From positions 31,186,001 to 31,250,000 of the forward strand of contig OX597815.1 of NCBI GenBank assembly GCA_951406725.2: a stretch of 64,000 nt of DNA. Direction: 5' to 3'. Every line of letters begins with the position of its first letter. The first letter of the stretch is position 1. Below the pieces are notes generated by a model. That model saw only the letters and a program-made list of their open reading frames with translations. It searched no databases and was not told the origin of the DNA. Of the stretch, positions 30,214-42,305 are shown in pieces. A program made the translations under genes and the position numbers. This DNA is from Octopus vulgaris (taxonomy: Eukaryota).

Positions 30214-30258
30214 GTAGGTAGGTAGTTAGGTAGATAGCTAGCTAGCTAGCTAGCTAGC

Positions 30259-30356
<98 letters not shown>
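30087..30356. repeat. (GATA)n with (GACA), (GGTA) and (GCTA) variants
   Basis: Directly visible. Confidence 0.97.
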
Positions 30357-30357
<1 letters not shown>

Positions 30358-31108
30358 ACAGAGAAAAAGATCTCAAATGCTCTCAGGCTAAGATAGCATT
30401 CATTATGTGTTATTTAAATTTCATTATCTTTTATCATTTTGAACCGAATGATATTTTTGAGCAAGCGTATCCATATATCAACATTTTATCAGGAAGTTTC
30501 TGGAGAAATTTATCAAGGCCGTATTGATTCAGGTTGAATTTTTATGTGGAATTTTCTATCAAGGTTTTTATTAACAACGACTTTCAAATCACTAAGGTTA
30601 TGCAAAGCTATTAGAGATTGCCTTGATGGAATACTTCACTGTTGTTTTATCTTGTCTTCCTCGAAGAAGTGAAAGCACTAAAATTTCTACACATTTATTT
30701 GCATACGCTTCCGTTCAATCATGTTTATAGTGACATGGTAATGTGAATTGAGAATTAGTGGTCGGAATTTAGTACCTGAATTTCTTTTTTTTATAATTTA
30801 ACACCGTCAGATCCTGATGGTGTCCTCTTCTTATCTAAAGCAATCAAAATCTCTCTGAAGGCAAACGTTTACGCCAACTTCTGTTTGCTATTCATAACCC
30901 ACTCCGAAATCGTAAATGTTCTTCGAGTTCTGTAAGGCTGCATAGAACAAGTACTATGGTCTTTGTTTGTTAGCACATCGTTCTAACTCGACGCTTCAGC
31001 GACTACAGATTGTGCGAAAAGCCTATACAATATATATAATGCTTTTAGTTCAAACTTTCTCTTTCTGATCTGCAACGTGAACAAATCTGGAAAACCATTT
31101 TCAAATCA

Positions 31109-31522
31109 GGATCTTTTCGGTTTGAACGGCAGTTTTTAACATAATTTCTAGGTAACTAAAAAATTTTAAACTTCTTATACTGGTAGAATGTGTTTATGAA
31201 ACATCTTTTTACTCTTGGCTTTATTGAGAAAATTCTATGGTTTGTAAGATATTTGTTGTTCTTTTTCTTCAGTTTCTGCAATTTCAACAAATCAATGACG
31301 TCTATTGAGGTGAAAACATTGTGTGCCGTATGAATATGTCCCTCGTTTAAGAAACAGATTGGGTTTATTTACATTTCTGAAGAAAAAAAGATACCCTACC
31401 CTAACCACTAACCCTAACCCTAAAACAGATTTAAATGCAATAGATCGATACTAGGGTCATAATTATGGGACAATTTCATATGACACCGCTAGAAAAAACT
31501 GCCGTTCAAACCGAAAAGATCC
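31109..31522. mobile_element. 414-bp non-autonomous TIR element (MITE-like) with 29-bp perfect TIRs and 27-bp flanking direct repeats
   Basis: TIR GGATCTTTTCGGTTTGAACGGCAGTTTTT at 31109-31137, inverted at 31494-31522. Flanks 31082-31108 and 31523-31549 are 25/27 identical. CCCTAA-like repeats at 31394-31423. Confidence 0.88.
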
Positions 31523-31749
31523 CAAGTCTGGAAAACCATTCTCAAATCATGATACTCTGATCAAAAAAGTGTGAGAAAGAAAATTTTTAAACCGGTTCTT
31601 CTTTTCTATCTTTTCGGCACAATCGAAATGCTCTACATAATTTTACCGGAAGTTCTTGAATATTTTCAGAAAAACAACTCAGTTCTGGTTGATCCAACTG
31701 ACAGAAATTACCTTTTTGTTGTTGTTGTCTTTTAAAAATCTTATAACAT

Positions 31750-31869
31750 GCGCAGGAGTGGCCATAGGCGCAGGAGTGGCCATAGGCGCAGGAGTGGCCA
31801 TAGGCGCAGGAATGGCCATAGGCGCAGGAGTGGCCATAGGCGCAGGAGTGGCCATAGGCGCAGGAGTGG
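31750..31869 (+). repeat. 18-bp minisatellite (GCGCAGGAGTGGCCATAG)x6 plus partial unit that is the SINE head
   Basis: Units start at 31750, 31768, 31786, 31804, 31822 and 31840; the seventh start (31858) continues as the SINE. Confidence 0.95.
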
Positions 31870-32257
31870 CTGTGTGGTAAGTAGCTTGCTAACCAGCCAC
31901 ACGGTTCCGGGTTCAGTCCCACTGCGTGACATCTTGGGCAAGTGTCTTCTGCTATAGCCCCGGGCCGACCAATGCCTTGTGAGTGGATTTGGTAGACGGA
32001 AACTGAAAGAAGCCTGCCGTATATATGAATATATATATATATGTGTGTGTGTGTGTTTGTGAGTCTGTGTTTGTCCCCTTAGCATTGCTTGACAACCGAT
32101 GCTGGTGTGTTTACGTCCCCGTAACTTAGCGGTTCGGCAAAAGAGACCGATAGAATAAGTACTGGGCTTACAAAGAATAAGTCACGGGGTCGATTTGCTC
32201 GACTAAAGGTGGTGCTTCAGCATGGCCGCAGTCAAATGACTGAAACAAGTAAAAGAG
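31858..32257 (+). mobile_element. SINE family C, full length
   Basis: GCGCAGGAGTGGCTGTGTGGTAAG (A box), GGTTCAGTCCC (B box), tail CAGCATGGCCGCAGTCAAATGACTGAAACAAGTAAAAGAG. Confidence 0.9.
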
Positions 32258-32680
32258 AGAGAAAAGAGTATGCATATTGCTTGTACGTTAATAATAAAAA
32301 CAGCCTCATATCACAGAAACGACGCAGTATTTGGTTTAGTACTTCGTTGTAGGGATTGCCAAAAAAAAAAAAAAAACTCGTATGGGATAAAAATACATCT
32401 CACCTATTACAACGATTATTTATATATGTATGTTTTTCTTTTGTTCTTTTGTTAGTGCTGATGATATTGGAGTAAATCTTTTGTTTTAGGTTTTCTTTTC
32501 GCCGTTTTACTTATAGGACAATCACCGTAATGGTGGGGAGAGCTCCTTGAAGAGTTTAGTCGAACAAATCAACTCCTGTACTTTTAAGTCTGGGTATTTT
32601 TTTCTATGGATCTCTGTTACCGTACCACTAAGTTATGTGAGTGTAAACAAACCAACACCAAGTCTATCTATCATAAATGA

Positions 32681-32763
<83 letters not shown>

Positions 32764-33469
32764 TTCACAGGTTCACATCAGTCACATAGATATAGGTATA
32801 TAACTGAGACTTAATCATAACTATCTTATTGATTTAAGATCTCAGGCTATAACTTAAACGAAATTTGACTCCTATTTTTAGCAAGTGAGCGGCCACGTAG
32901 AAACTCTCATGTTGGTTCATTGTTCCTGTAGATAACTATAGCATTCAAGAATATCACATACTCAGAGAAAAAAAAAACAGAGAAATAAAGTTGGATATGA
33001 AACTTGTTAACATGTAATATACACGCAAATACTCGCTCAAAACTGTACACGGAAATACTTTGTATATTCACTTAGACGTATAAGATACGTGCTTAAGGAT
33101 ACATTCTCATATGTATGCGGGTACACACATTCAGACACGCAAGCATACATATAGATATGCACAGAAAATTTCAATGAAAATGTCAATACTGTGATCGAAA
33201 GAAGAGCTTAGTACGATGTCTAACCGCAGCTTAGCTGCATCTAACGTGTATTATAAGATAGTTATGATTATGCCTCAATTGTACATCTATATTTATGTGA
33301 CTGATGTGAGCAGTTGAATGTATGGCTGTACGTTTATAATATACGTGTGCGTGTGCTTATGTGTCGTGTATGGATGTATGTGTACATCCAAATATGTATT
33401 TGGATATACGCCCAAATACATACATGTGTGTTTGTATGTGAACGTGTATTTATGTATGCATGCATACAT

Positions 33470-33540
<71 letters not shown>

Positions 33541-34499
33541 TTAATCCAATCAACAATGGCTGGCACGAGTTCTTCTTTATGGTCGAAGAATGAATGGAAA
33601 ACCGAATGACTGATAACAACTATAGTTACGATACACGCAACCAGCTAGCTTAGAGTGTCTATGCAGAAACTAACAGGATTTTACATAATCCAAATGTCTT
33701 CTTGCTTGTTTGCCTATAATAAAATCTATACGTGCAAGGTTCGAAATACTATGGCTGCCAAATCATGATATAGGAGGCTGGAAGAGGATGAGGATTATAT
33801 CGTTGCTTGTTTATGACTTATTGTAGAACTTGTGATCAATATTACAGACGAAATCTGTTGGAATATAACATCCGAAATGATTTCCAAAAATATTTCATTT
33901 GAGTTTCTGCCCCTTTGGACATGTTCTTCGATGTTTCTTTTACATTATGGGTTGGTAGATATGATAGCGTGTTGGAGAGAATGTCTCTCGTTAATTTAGT
34001 AGCGCCCGTTTTGCGTCTTGAGTTCAAATCTACTCAGGTCAACTACGTATTTAAAGCTTGTCTTGGACAGACCACCTTGTGGTCTCTATTCCGGCTTTGA
34101 GTATTCTGAGTTCAAAAGTAAGCATAGATCACCGATATAGTGAAGTTACTTCTCCTGGGTGATCGAAGAACACCAATAAAACAGTTTAAGGACGAAAGGT
34201 ATTCAATACGTGGCGTCGATTACGATGACAGCAACGAAGATGATGAATGAATGGATGATGATACTTTCATAAACAGATGAAATACATACTGGTAAAGCAC
34301 TTGAAGAATTTTAATCGATCGTACCCACTCCCAAAATCTGTGGCCTTGTAACAATTTTAGATGTATCACGATAATCAAATTTGCTTTTCAATGTTTCAGG
34401 CCAACAAATTAAGTACCAGTATTTTTATGGAATCAACTAAATCGTCTATAATCCTCACCTAAAGATTTTGGTCATGTAAGAAATCTTATCAGGTATTCT

Positions 34500-34800
34500 C
34501 ATCAATATAAACATAGAACAACATCATGTGTTGGCATGGCAGTCGTTTAATCAGTTCTCTGATTGCTCTTCAGATTGGAGACTGAACAAGAATCATGTAA
34601 AGAAGCTTGACAGTACATACACAAAATGCAGCTCAGTCACCATACGTTTTGAAGAAGCAATGGCGAAATATCCAGAACTCTTTTTCTTTGGAAACCCATG
34701 CATGGACATACAGGTATCGGCAAAGAAGAGCATATATCGATCAAAAGCCTGGAAGACACAGGATGCCGAAATGTGAATATGAAGACACCTTTGGATGATC
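34500..34800 (+). mobile_element. Decayed RTE-like LINE C-terminal fragment
   Basis: W.LNK...KKLDSTYTK and W.PMHG...RAYIDQ..EDTG resemble RTE/RTE-X C-termini. Confidence 0.45.
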
Positions 34801-35066
34801 GTGACATCTGACGCTGAAGTGTTGCATTGGTCCGGGTAAGCCACTAGACTGGATGGAGGTGATGACCATGATACGTACACACATAGATAAAATAAGAAGA
34901 ATGAACACTCATTATTTCTCTATGTTTGTGTGAAAAAGAGGGTTGAGCTTTCCTCCCATAGCTAAAATTTATAATATTTCTTCTGTCATTCATATACATA
35001 CCTACCTTCCTACCTACCTACTTACCTACCTACCTACCTATATACATACATACATACATACATACA

Positions 35067-35097
<31 letters not shown>

Positions 35098-35229
35098 GGA
35101 AAATGTGGTTCATGTACTATATATATATATATATATATATAGATATATACATATGTATATATAGATATAGATATATACATATGTATATATATATATGTAT
35201 ATATATATGCATATATATATATGTGTGTG

Positions 35230-35267
<38 letters not shown>

Positions 35268-36293
35268 AAGAAAGAAAGATGTATATATGCGTATATCTAT
35301 ATGTATACATAAATTCACATACATACATACATACATATATACATACATACATACATACATACATACATACATACATACATACATACCAACGCTACGTCTT
35401 GGTCAGTGAATCCTTTGCGACAATTGACGGCAATCGACACTTACATACACACTATCCGAAAGTGTGTATGCATGTATCAGAGGACCACTTGTGAACTTGA
35501 TTCCTCATTGAAACATCCAACATAAACTTTATACCTCAACAGCGAATGACTACTACGGCTGCTACGACTGTGCTATCCGACGCACTTTCTCTCCCATTGG
35601 AATATTTGTCAAATTCATCGGATGTGAAGACCATTCATGAGGAATTTTACAAAGGTTGACCAAATATTGGACAGGGGTTGGACAATGGTTGAGCCCCAGG
35701 GCGTCATCAGAGAGACCAAATGTTAGGAAACTAACATGTGGGAAAATACGTTAAAATAATAAAGTAAAATAAAAAATAACATAATAGAAATAGTAAGGAA
35801 TGGTAAGAACGGCATTTCAAGATGCTATCATAATCCAATTGGATTACATCTTCTGGTAAAGAAAGTCACTTCCAGGAGAAATTTCCGCAAGCTGTGAGAG
35901 TTACATCGTGTTTCAATTATTCCATTTTCTTATTTGCCTTATAAATCCTGGGTAAATTCCTGCTTTACTCCCACCCATACCTAGTATTCAACTGGATATT
36001 TATTATCCCTTAGATGGTTACCTAACTCATACAGATATATATATATATATAAAATTGTGAAGCATGACTGTCACCACTACTACATGAACCTGAAGATTGC
36101 AGAATTTAATGCATGAAAGTACTAGTTCAATCAGAATGAACATTTAACATTCTACTATTTTATTTTATTTTATTTTATTATATTATATTATCTTATAATA
36201 TATCATTATAAGATTGTAAATAAAACGTGAAAATCAGACAAGGTTGGAATTCCTTTTATTAATATATTTTTCTATACACAATCACACACACCC

Positions 36294-36374
<81 letters not shown>

Positions 36375-36396
36375 CGTGTGTGTGTGTTTGTGTGTG

Positions 36397-36527
36397 TTCG
36401 ACGGGCTTCTTTCAGTTTCTGCCTGCCAAATCCACTCACAAGCCTTTGGTCGGCCAGCGGCTATAAGGCTATAATAGAATCGCCACGCAGTGAGACAAGA
36501 CCCGGAAACATATGGCTGGGAAACAGG
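36397..36527 (-). mobile_element. SINE family C, 5' part
   Basis: GACGGGCTTCTTTCAGTTTCTGCCTGCCAAATCCACTCACAAG... Confidence 0.78.
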
Positions 36528-38147
36528 GGTCTCAGCCTTAGATCATTTGGATAATGCTATTGATATATTTCCCATATTGTATAAATGATGTTGCGCTAAC
36601 AGCAGCTCTGAAGGGATTAGAGTTGAAGTGTTTTGAGACATCGTGTTTCAATTATTCCATTTTCCATTTTCTTATTTGAAGTGTTTTGAGGCGTTCCCAT
36701 TAATGAAGGCCTGTCATGCATTTACAGTTTTTTCTTATAGAACAACAATTACTAATTACCATGCGCTAATGAATTAATGTCCAACCGAAACTGTTAGTCT
36801 TCTTAACACTTCTACTAATTTGAAATTTAAGAGACTTTTTACTTTTCACATAAAACTGGTCTGCTTTGAAGTGATTGGTCTGGGTAATAAGGGTAAATGG
36901 ATCTTAGAGACTTGAAGATTTTACATATGCGATATCAATTAAGAATTCTGTTGATTTAATAAAACGTATTTAATTATTTCGAATTAGAACCATAGCAGGG
37001 GATTAATATATCACAGCGTTTATGTTATATTGAAATCAAGACATCTGAAAAATATTCATATTAGTATACCGTCTCCAATTCTCTTTTATTTTCATGAATT
37101 TTCATTGTTTCTTTTCTTGTATTATCTTAGGGTAGCGGAGAAAGAGAAATGGTAAGGTGCTGGGTATTTATTGCTTACGTTACTTTATGTTCTTTACGTA
37201 ACTTTATGTAAGAATTTCATCAGGTGGTCGATAAAATAAACACCGGTTTATTATTGAGGACAAGCTAAACCAATTAAAACATCCCTAATATTTGTGGTAT
37301 TTTGCTCGAGGTAGAAATAATTATCTTTTACTGGTGCTACTGTTAAGTTAGACATGGTCGAAAACTATGGTGTTCTCTATTTCGTATTGAGCTAACAGTT
37401 TTCATAAATAGTTGAATATACGTGGGTTCTTTTCTTACTGCCAAAAGCAAAAAAGTTTATTACTCTTGAACTAATTCATGTGTTTATAATTTTCTTTTCG
37501 GATTCAATATTGAAATTCAAGGAGAATACTAACAATAAAAGTGTAATTGTAACATTTTTCTTTGCTACTGATATGTGCAGATATTAAGATTTTAAATATA
37601 TAGTGGCTATGTAACTGAAACGAATAACTATACCTGCTAGCAATTTCGTAATTTAAATTGTTCTACCAGCAAACTGTTATAGTTACTAGACGCCAGTAAG
37701 TCGCCGGCAGTAACTGGAGCCGTGAAACTCGTTTACGTTATTCAGATGTAATGAAACTCTGCAAGAACTCAGAACTCACGGCGTCAAATGACAAAATAGT
37801 TTTTGATTGGGAAACATGTCGAAATGAAAGAAGAGTACAGAAGCATAAGCGAACGATAAATGTTTTTAGTAAACGAGAGCTTTCGTTCGGGGAAGATGTT
37901 ATAATGTAAGGTATGTTCGTCTAGAACTAAATATATACCCTAGGGGCAACAGGAGCAAATACTAAGCGAAATTAAGAAATATTATAAATGTTTAAGTGAG
38001 TTATTTATGTACAGTAATTATTTCATAGTCTTATACAAATTATACATACACCGCCTCACCAGCATATGTGTACATGTATGTATCTATGTACGTATGTATG
38101 TATGTATGTATGTATGTATGTATGTATGTATGTATGTATGTATGTAT

Positions 38148-38772
38148 GTCATTGTTCAGTTTTATTTCAACATTTCTGGCCAATAGAGAAAGAGCTGATT
38201 TCTATCCTAGATTCAAGGCTCCATCACTGGAATTTCAACATCAACAAGGTAGTTTTGTTTGTATGTATGTGTATATATGTGCAGATTTGTATGTTTTGTT
38301 CAAATATATATTTAAATGATAAACTTCTGGAAAGTTTTACACACTTTAACAGTGCCAGAGATGGATTGGATTTGTAGTCTTCGAATTAGCTTTCTCTTGT
38401 CTAGTTTTGAGAAGATTAATTTCTCAAGATTGGTATTTAGGCAGTGTGTTACATATCACAAGGCCCCAATAATTATAGGTATAAACCTGAACTTGTAAAC
38501 TTGATAGAGTAACAGCAGATTTCTTAATAGTTCAGCGTAGGTGTTCTCTTTTTCACTGATCTTCAGCTTTATGTTAACATCAGCTGGGCAGCTAATTTCC
38601 ATAACTGTACACAGTTTCTCTTTTCTGTCCCAAATCATTATATCAGGTCTGTTGTGCTTAAAATTTATTGAGGTTTTTACTGGTACATTCCACCAGTATT
38701 CCTTTTTTTATGAGTGGCTATGGCTTCTACCATTTTGTGGGTTCTTATTTCTTTGTCTTTGGGGTTATCCTT
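38148..38772 (-). mobile_element. RLE-type non-LTR retrotransposon 3' fragment embedded in (CATA)n
   Basis: Minus translation [43 protein letters not shown]...FIPIIIGAL...GTVKVCKTFQKF. The 3' UTR ends in (CATA)n and the 5' junction is also in (CATA)n. Confidence 0.85.
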
Positions 38773-38797
38773 ATGTATATGTATGCACGTATGTATG

Positions 38798-38831
<34 letters not shown>

Positions 38832-38833
38832 TG

Positions 38834-38865
<32 letters not shown>

Positions 38866-38887
38866 GATATGCATATATATGTGTATA

Positions 38888-38965
<78 letters not shown>

Positions 38966-39139
38966 TGATAGGGATGCATATATATATATTATATATGTAT
39001 ATCTCTTCTTGTGTGTCCCTTTGTGTGTGTGTGTGTTTTAATGCATATTTGAATTTCCATATTTTTAGAAGTGCAATGAAGAAATACATGTCGGCTATGA
39101 AAGCCATGTTATGTTTTAAGATATCATGAATTACCTTAA

Positions 39140-39760
39140 TTGAACCTACATTAGATTCATGTGTCCTTTTGACAGGTCTTGTTTTTAGTCCTGCCGGGTT
39201 TCTAGCAACCCTCCTCACCAGGCAAGCTTAGAGGTGGTGCCGGTTTAGTTGCCGACAACCCGACCATGCAGCCCGTTGTACCAGATTCCATGCTAACAGT
39301 AGCATTCATACATACACATATGGTGGTTGTCTACTCCTTATGCAGAGTCTGACCACCTCTTGTACCTACACCTTACATCCATCATGGCGTCTGATGTGGT
39401 TTTTTAAACCAGGCAAATATATTAAAAATACACCCACATAGGTTGCATATCCGATTTGGCCCACCAACAGCAGCAGTTGAGTTCTGATCTTTGTGAATCT
39501 CAAAATGTCTTTTGAGGCCTCCTTAGAGTTGCAGGCCTTATCGCATACACGGCATTGAAAGGTGTGCACAGATATATAGGCAGAATAGTTGGTGGAGGTT
39601 CGTTTTTCATGGATCCTCAAACGAGATTTCAGCCCAGCAAAAGAAAGACATGGTCTGTCACAAGCCGTGCACATAAAATGTCTCTGAGATTCACCTTCTC
39701 GATCTAAACATTCTTCTTTATATCTCTCTTCAGTCTTGCATGTATTATCCTGGCCTCCTG
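39140..39760 (-). mobile_element. RTE-like LINE 3' fragment with three C2H2-type zinc fingers
   Basis: CTACDRPCLSFAGLKSRLRIH, CRVCDKAC... and (frameshifted) CNLCGC...GLKNHIRRH, followed by a non-coding tail. Confidence 0.6.
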
Positions 39761-39829
39761 AAACATACCCACACCCACACATACATACACCCACACATAC
39801 ATACATACATACATACATACATACATACA

Positions 39830-39859
<30 letters not shown>

Positions 39860-39861
<2 letters not shown>

Positions 39862-41106
39862 CGAAGGTGGGCTGAAGAGTTCATAGGTTGAATATGAAGG
39901 AGTGATGCTAGAGCTATGAAATCTTATGTGCATTAATTTCTACACTTCTTATTAGTAACTGCATGGATTTTTTTCCAGGTAAACTAACATTTGAATGTTC
40001 AAAGAAGACTTTAATGTAACTAGTAGCGACATCTCTTGAAAATGAATAAAAATTTGGCCGGTGTTATTAAGTACATGCAAAAAAAGGAGTTAGCTCTTAA
40101 CGATGTTAATGCTGACATGGTTGCTACATTAGAGGATGACGCTCCAGCTTCATCAACAGTGCAAAAGTGGGCAGCTGAATTTAAGAGGGGAGATTCTTGA
40201 AGCTGACTCAATATCTGGACATCCTGCAAGTTCTACCGCCTAGGAAAGCATCAACTGTCTTCACTACAATGCAATGGATGACAGGTAATCGACTATAAAT
40301 CAAATAATCAATACTATTAGTATATTTCGTGAGAGATTTGGGAATATTCTGCACAGTGAACTGTTCATAACAAAGGGTTTTGTTCGTTGGGCGCCATGTC
40401 TTCTGACACCTGATCAAAAATGCACCAGGTTGATCACATTACGGGAAATCTGACATTGTTTGAATCAGATCCAGCTGGCTTCCTTGAACGTTTCCTAAAC
40501 CAGGATGGGTGTTGGTCTCATCACTTTGTGCTAGAAATAAAGTGACAATCCATGCAGAGGAAACAGCCCTCCTAACCTGTTCCATGGTTAATTCATCTGC
40601 AGGATAGGTGATGGCCTCAGTTTTGGGGGATGCTACACCATTTTTGGGGAAAGCTACATCATCAACGAAAATTGTTATGTCAACTTGCTGAGGTAGTTAC
40701 GAAAGACTATCAAGACCAAACGCCCAAGAAAACCGACGAAAGTGTCTTGTCTCATGAGTTCAATGCTCCAGCACACAACGGTTGTTGTGTGTGACTGGTT
40801 TTGACCTGGCTGATTAACCTCCTTATTCTCTTGATTTGGTCCCCACCTCACTATCGTCTTTCCCCAACATGAAAAAAATACTTGGTTAGGAACCAGTATA
40901 GCAGCGATAATGACGTCGTATCTGCTGTTGATGACTTTTGGACGAACAAGATGGAAGCTTCTTCACCGAAAGGATCCAAGCGCTGCAGTGATTATGGAAG
41001 AGGTCTATGGATTGCAAAGCGGACTATGTTGAAAAATAAACCTCATTTAGTCACGTTCCATGAGAGTTTCTTGGTTAGCCTAGGGACTTTATAGACGACT
41101 CTCGTG
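39860..41106 (+). mobile_element. Full-length but inactivated mariner (Himar1/irritans-like), ~1.25 kb
   Basis: Diverged TIRs at both ends with TA context. MNKN..GVIKYMQKK...APASSTVQKWAAEFKRG, WAPCLLTPDQK, SAG*VMASV, PPYSLDLVP (YSPDLAP) and DYVEK*; many stops and frameshifts. Confidence 0.9.
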
Positions 41107-41139
41107 TATGTATGTTTGTGCGTGTGTCTGCGCGCGCGC

Positions 41140-41251
<112 letters not shown>

Positions 41252-41269
41252 TGTATGTGTGCATCTGTG

Positions 41270-41485
41270 AAGGTACTCATGAGAACAAGATTCTGGTTTC
41301 GTTTTCTTACCGGACGATACATCGTGTTCTTGAGCAAGACACTTCATTTCAAGTTGCTCCAGTTTCCTCAGATGTCAAAAATGAGTAATCCTGCGATGAA
41401 CCGGCGTCCCATCCAGGTGGGAAATATATATAAGCCACAGAAACCAGAAAACCGGCTTTGTGAGCCTATGGTTCAGGAAGAACCT
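41270..41485 (+). mobile_element. SINE family D, 5'-truncated
   Basis: GTGTTCTTGAGCAAGACACTTCATTTC...CCTGCGATGAACCGGCGTCCCATCCAGG; homologous to 28014-28270. Confidence 0.78.
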
Positions 41486-42004
41486 TTGATTCTCATGTAT
41501 GTGTGTGTGTGTCTGTCTGTCTGTCTCTCTCTCTGTCTGTCTGTCTGATTGTCTGTTTGTATGTGTCTGTGTCTATGTGTGCGTGTTTGTGTGCGCGTGT
41601 ATGTATGTATGTGTTTCTGTGTGTGTATATGCGTGCGTGTGTGTAATGTATATGTAGTATCTCGTTCTTGCTCTGCATACACACACATAAATAGATAGAT
41701 AGATATGCAAGCAAGCCGAAATTTCGAAGTCACTGTCAATCTTTTCTTCGTAAAAGCGTAGAAACACGTTCCTTATAGAAAGTGTTGAGGGCTTCTCAAT
41801 ACTTTCCGCAGAGTACATTTTTATTAAGGTTTTACAAGGAAAATATTCAGAGTAACATCGATGTTTCGGCTTGCTCGCCTATCTGTTGAATTATATGTGT
41901 GCTTCTTATCTGCGTATATACAAGCGCGAGAGAGAAAGAGTGAGTGTGTGTGTGTGTGTATTATGATGAGAGAGCAACACTGTTATGTATATATACATAT
42001 ATAC

Positions 42005-42058
<54 letters not shown>

Positions 42059-42123
42059 GGAGTAAACACATAAATGTGAAACAAGGTGGAAAAAAGAGTA
42101 CTCAAATACCAGGGGTAGAGTAA

Positions 42124-42305
42124 TATGCTTTATTTAAAAGCAGTAGGTATTCAACAAAACCTGTTACTCGGAGTTTCACGTTCCCGTTCGTCGGACAGTT
42201 TTATTAAAAAAAAAATTTTTTTTAACAAAACTGTCCGACGAACGGGAACGTGAAACTCCGAGTAACAGGTTTTGTTGAATACCTACTGCTTTTAAATAAA
42301 GCATA
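42124..42305. repeat. 182-bp spacer-less near-perfect palindrome (inverted Penelope-like pLTR duplication)
   Basis: Arms match except for one substitution and the A/T run length at the centre (~42215). Flanked by (TA)n. Confidence 0.95.
42231..42268 (+). ncRNA. Type I hammerhead ribozyme motif (mirror copy on minus strand at 42161-42198)
   Basis: CUGU-CCGACGA-ACG GGAA CGU-GAAACUCCGAGUA-ACAG. Stem I extends by AACAAAAC/GUUUUGUU; GUA cleavage triplet. Confidence 0.75.

Noticed and set aside
31394-31423. Interstitial telomere or chromosome fusion site
   Set aside because: There are only ~5 degenerate units, and they are internal to a TIR element.
31750-31869. Regular short direct repeats resembling a CRISPR array
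   Set aside because: The units are head-to-tail with no unique spacers and no cas genes. The context is eukaryotic and the unit derives from a SINE head.
35680-35715. CUGAUGA-hairpin on the minus strand resembling a hammerhead
   Set aside because: The GAAA core is missing (UCAAC instead) and stem I is not supported.
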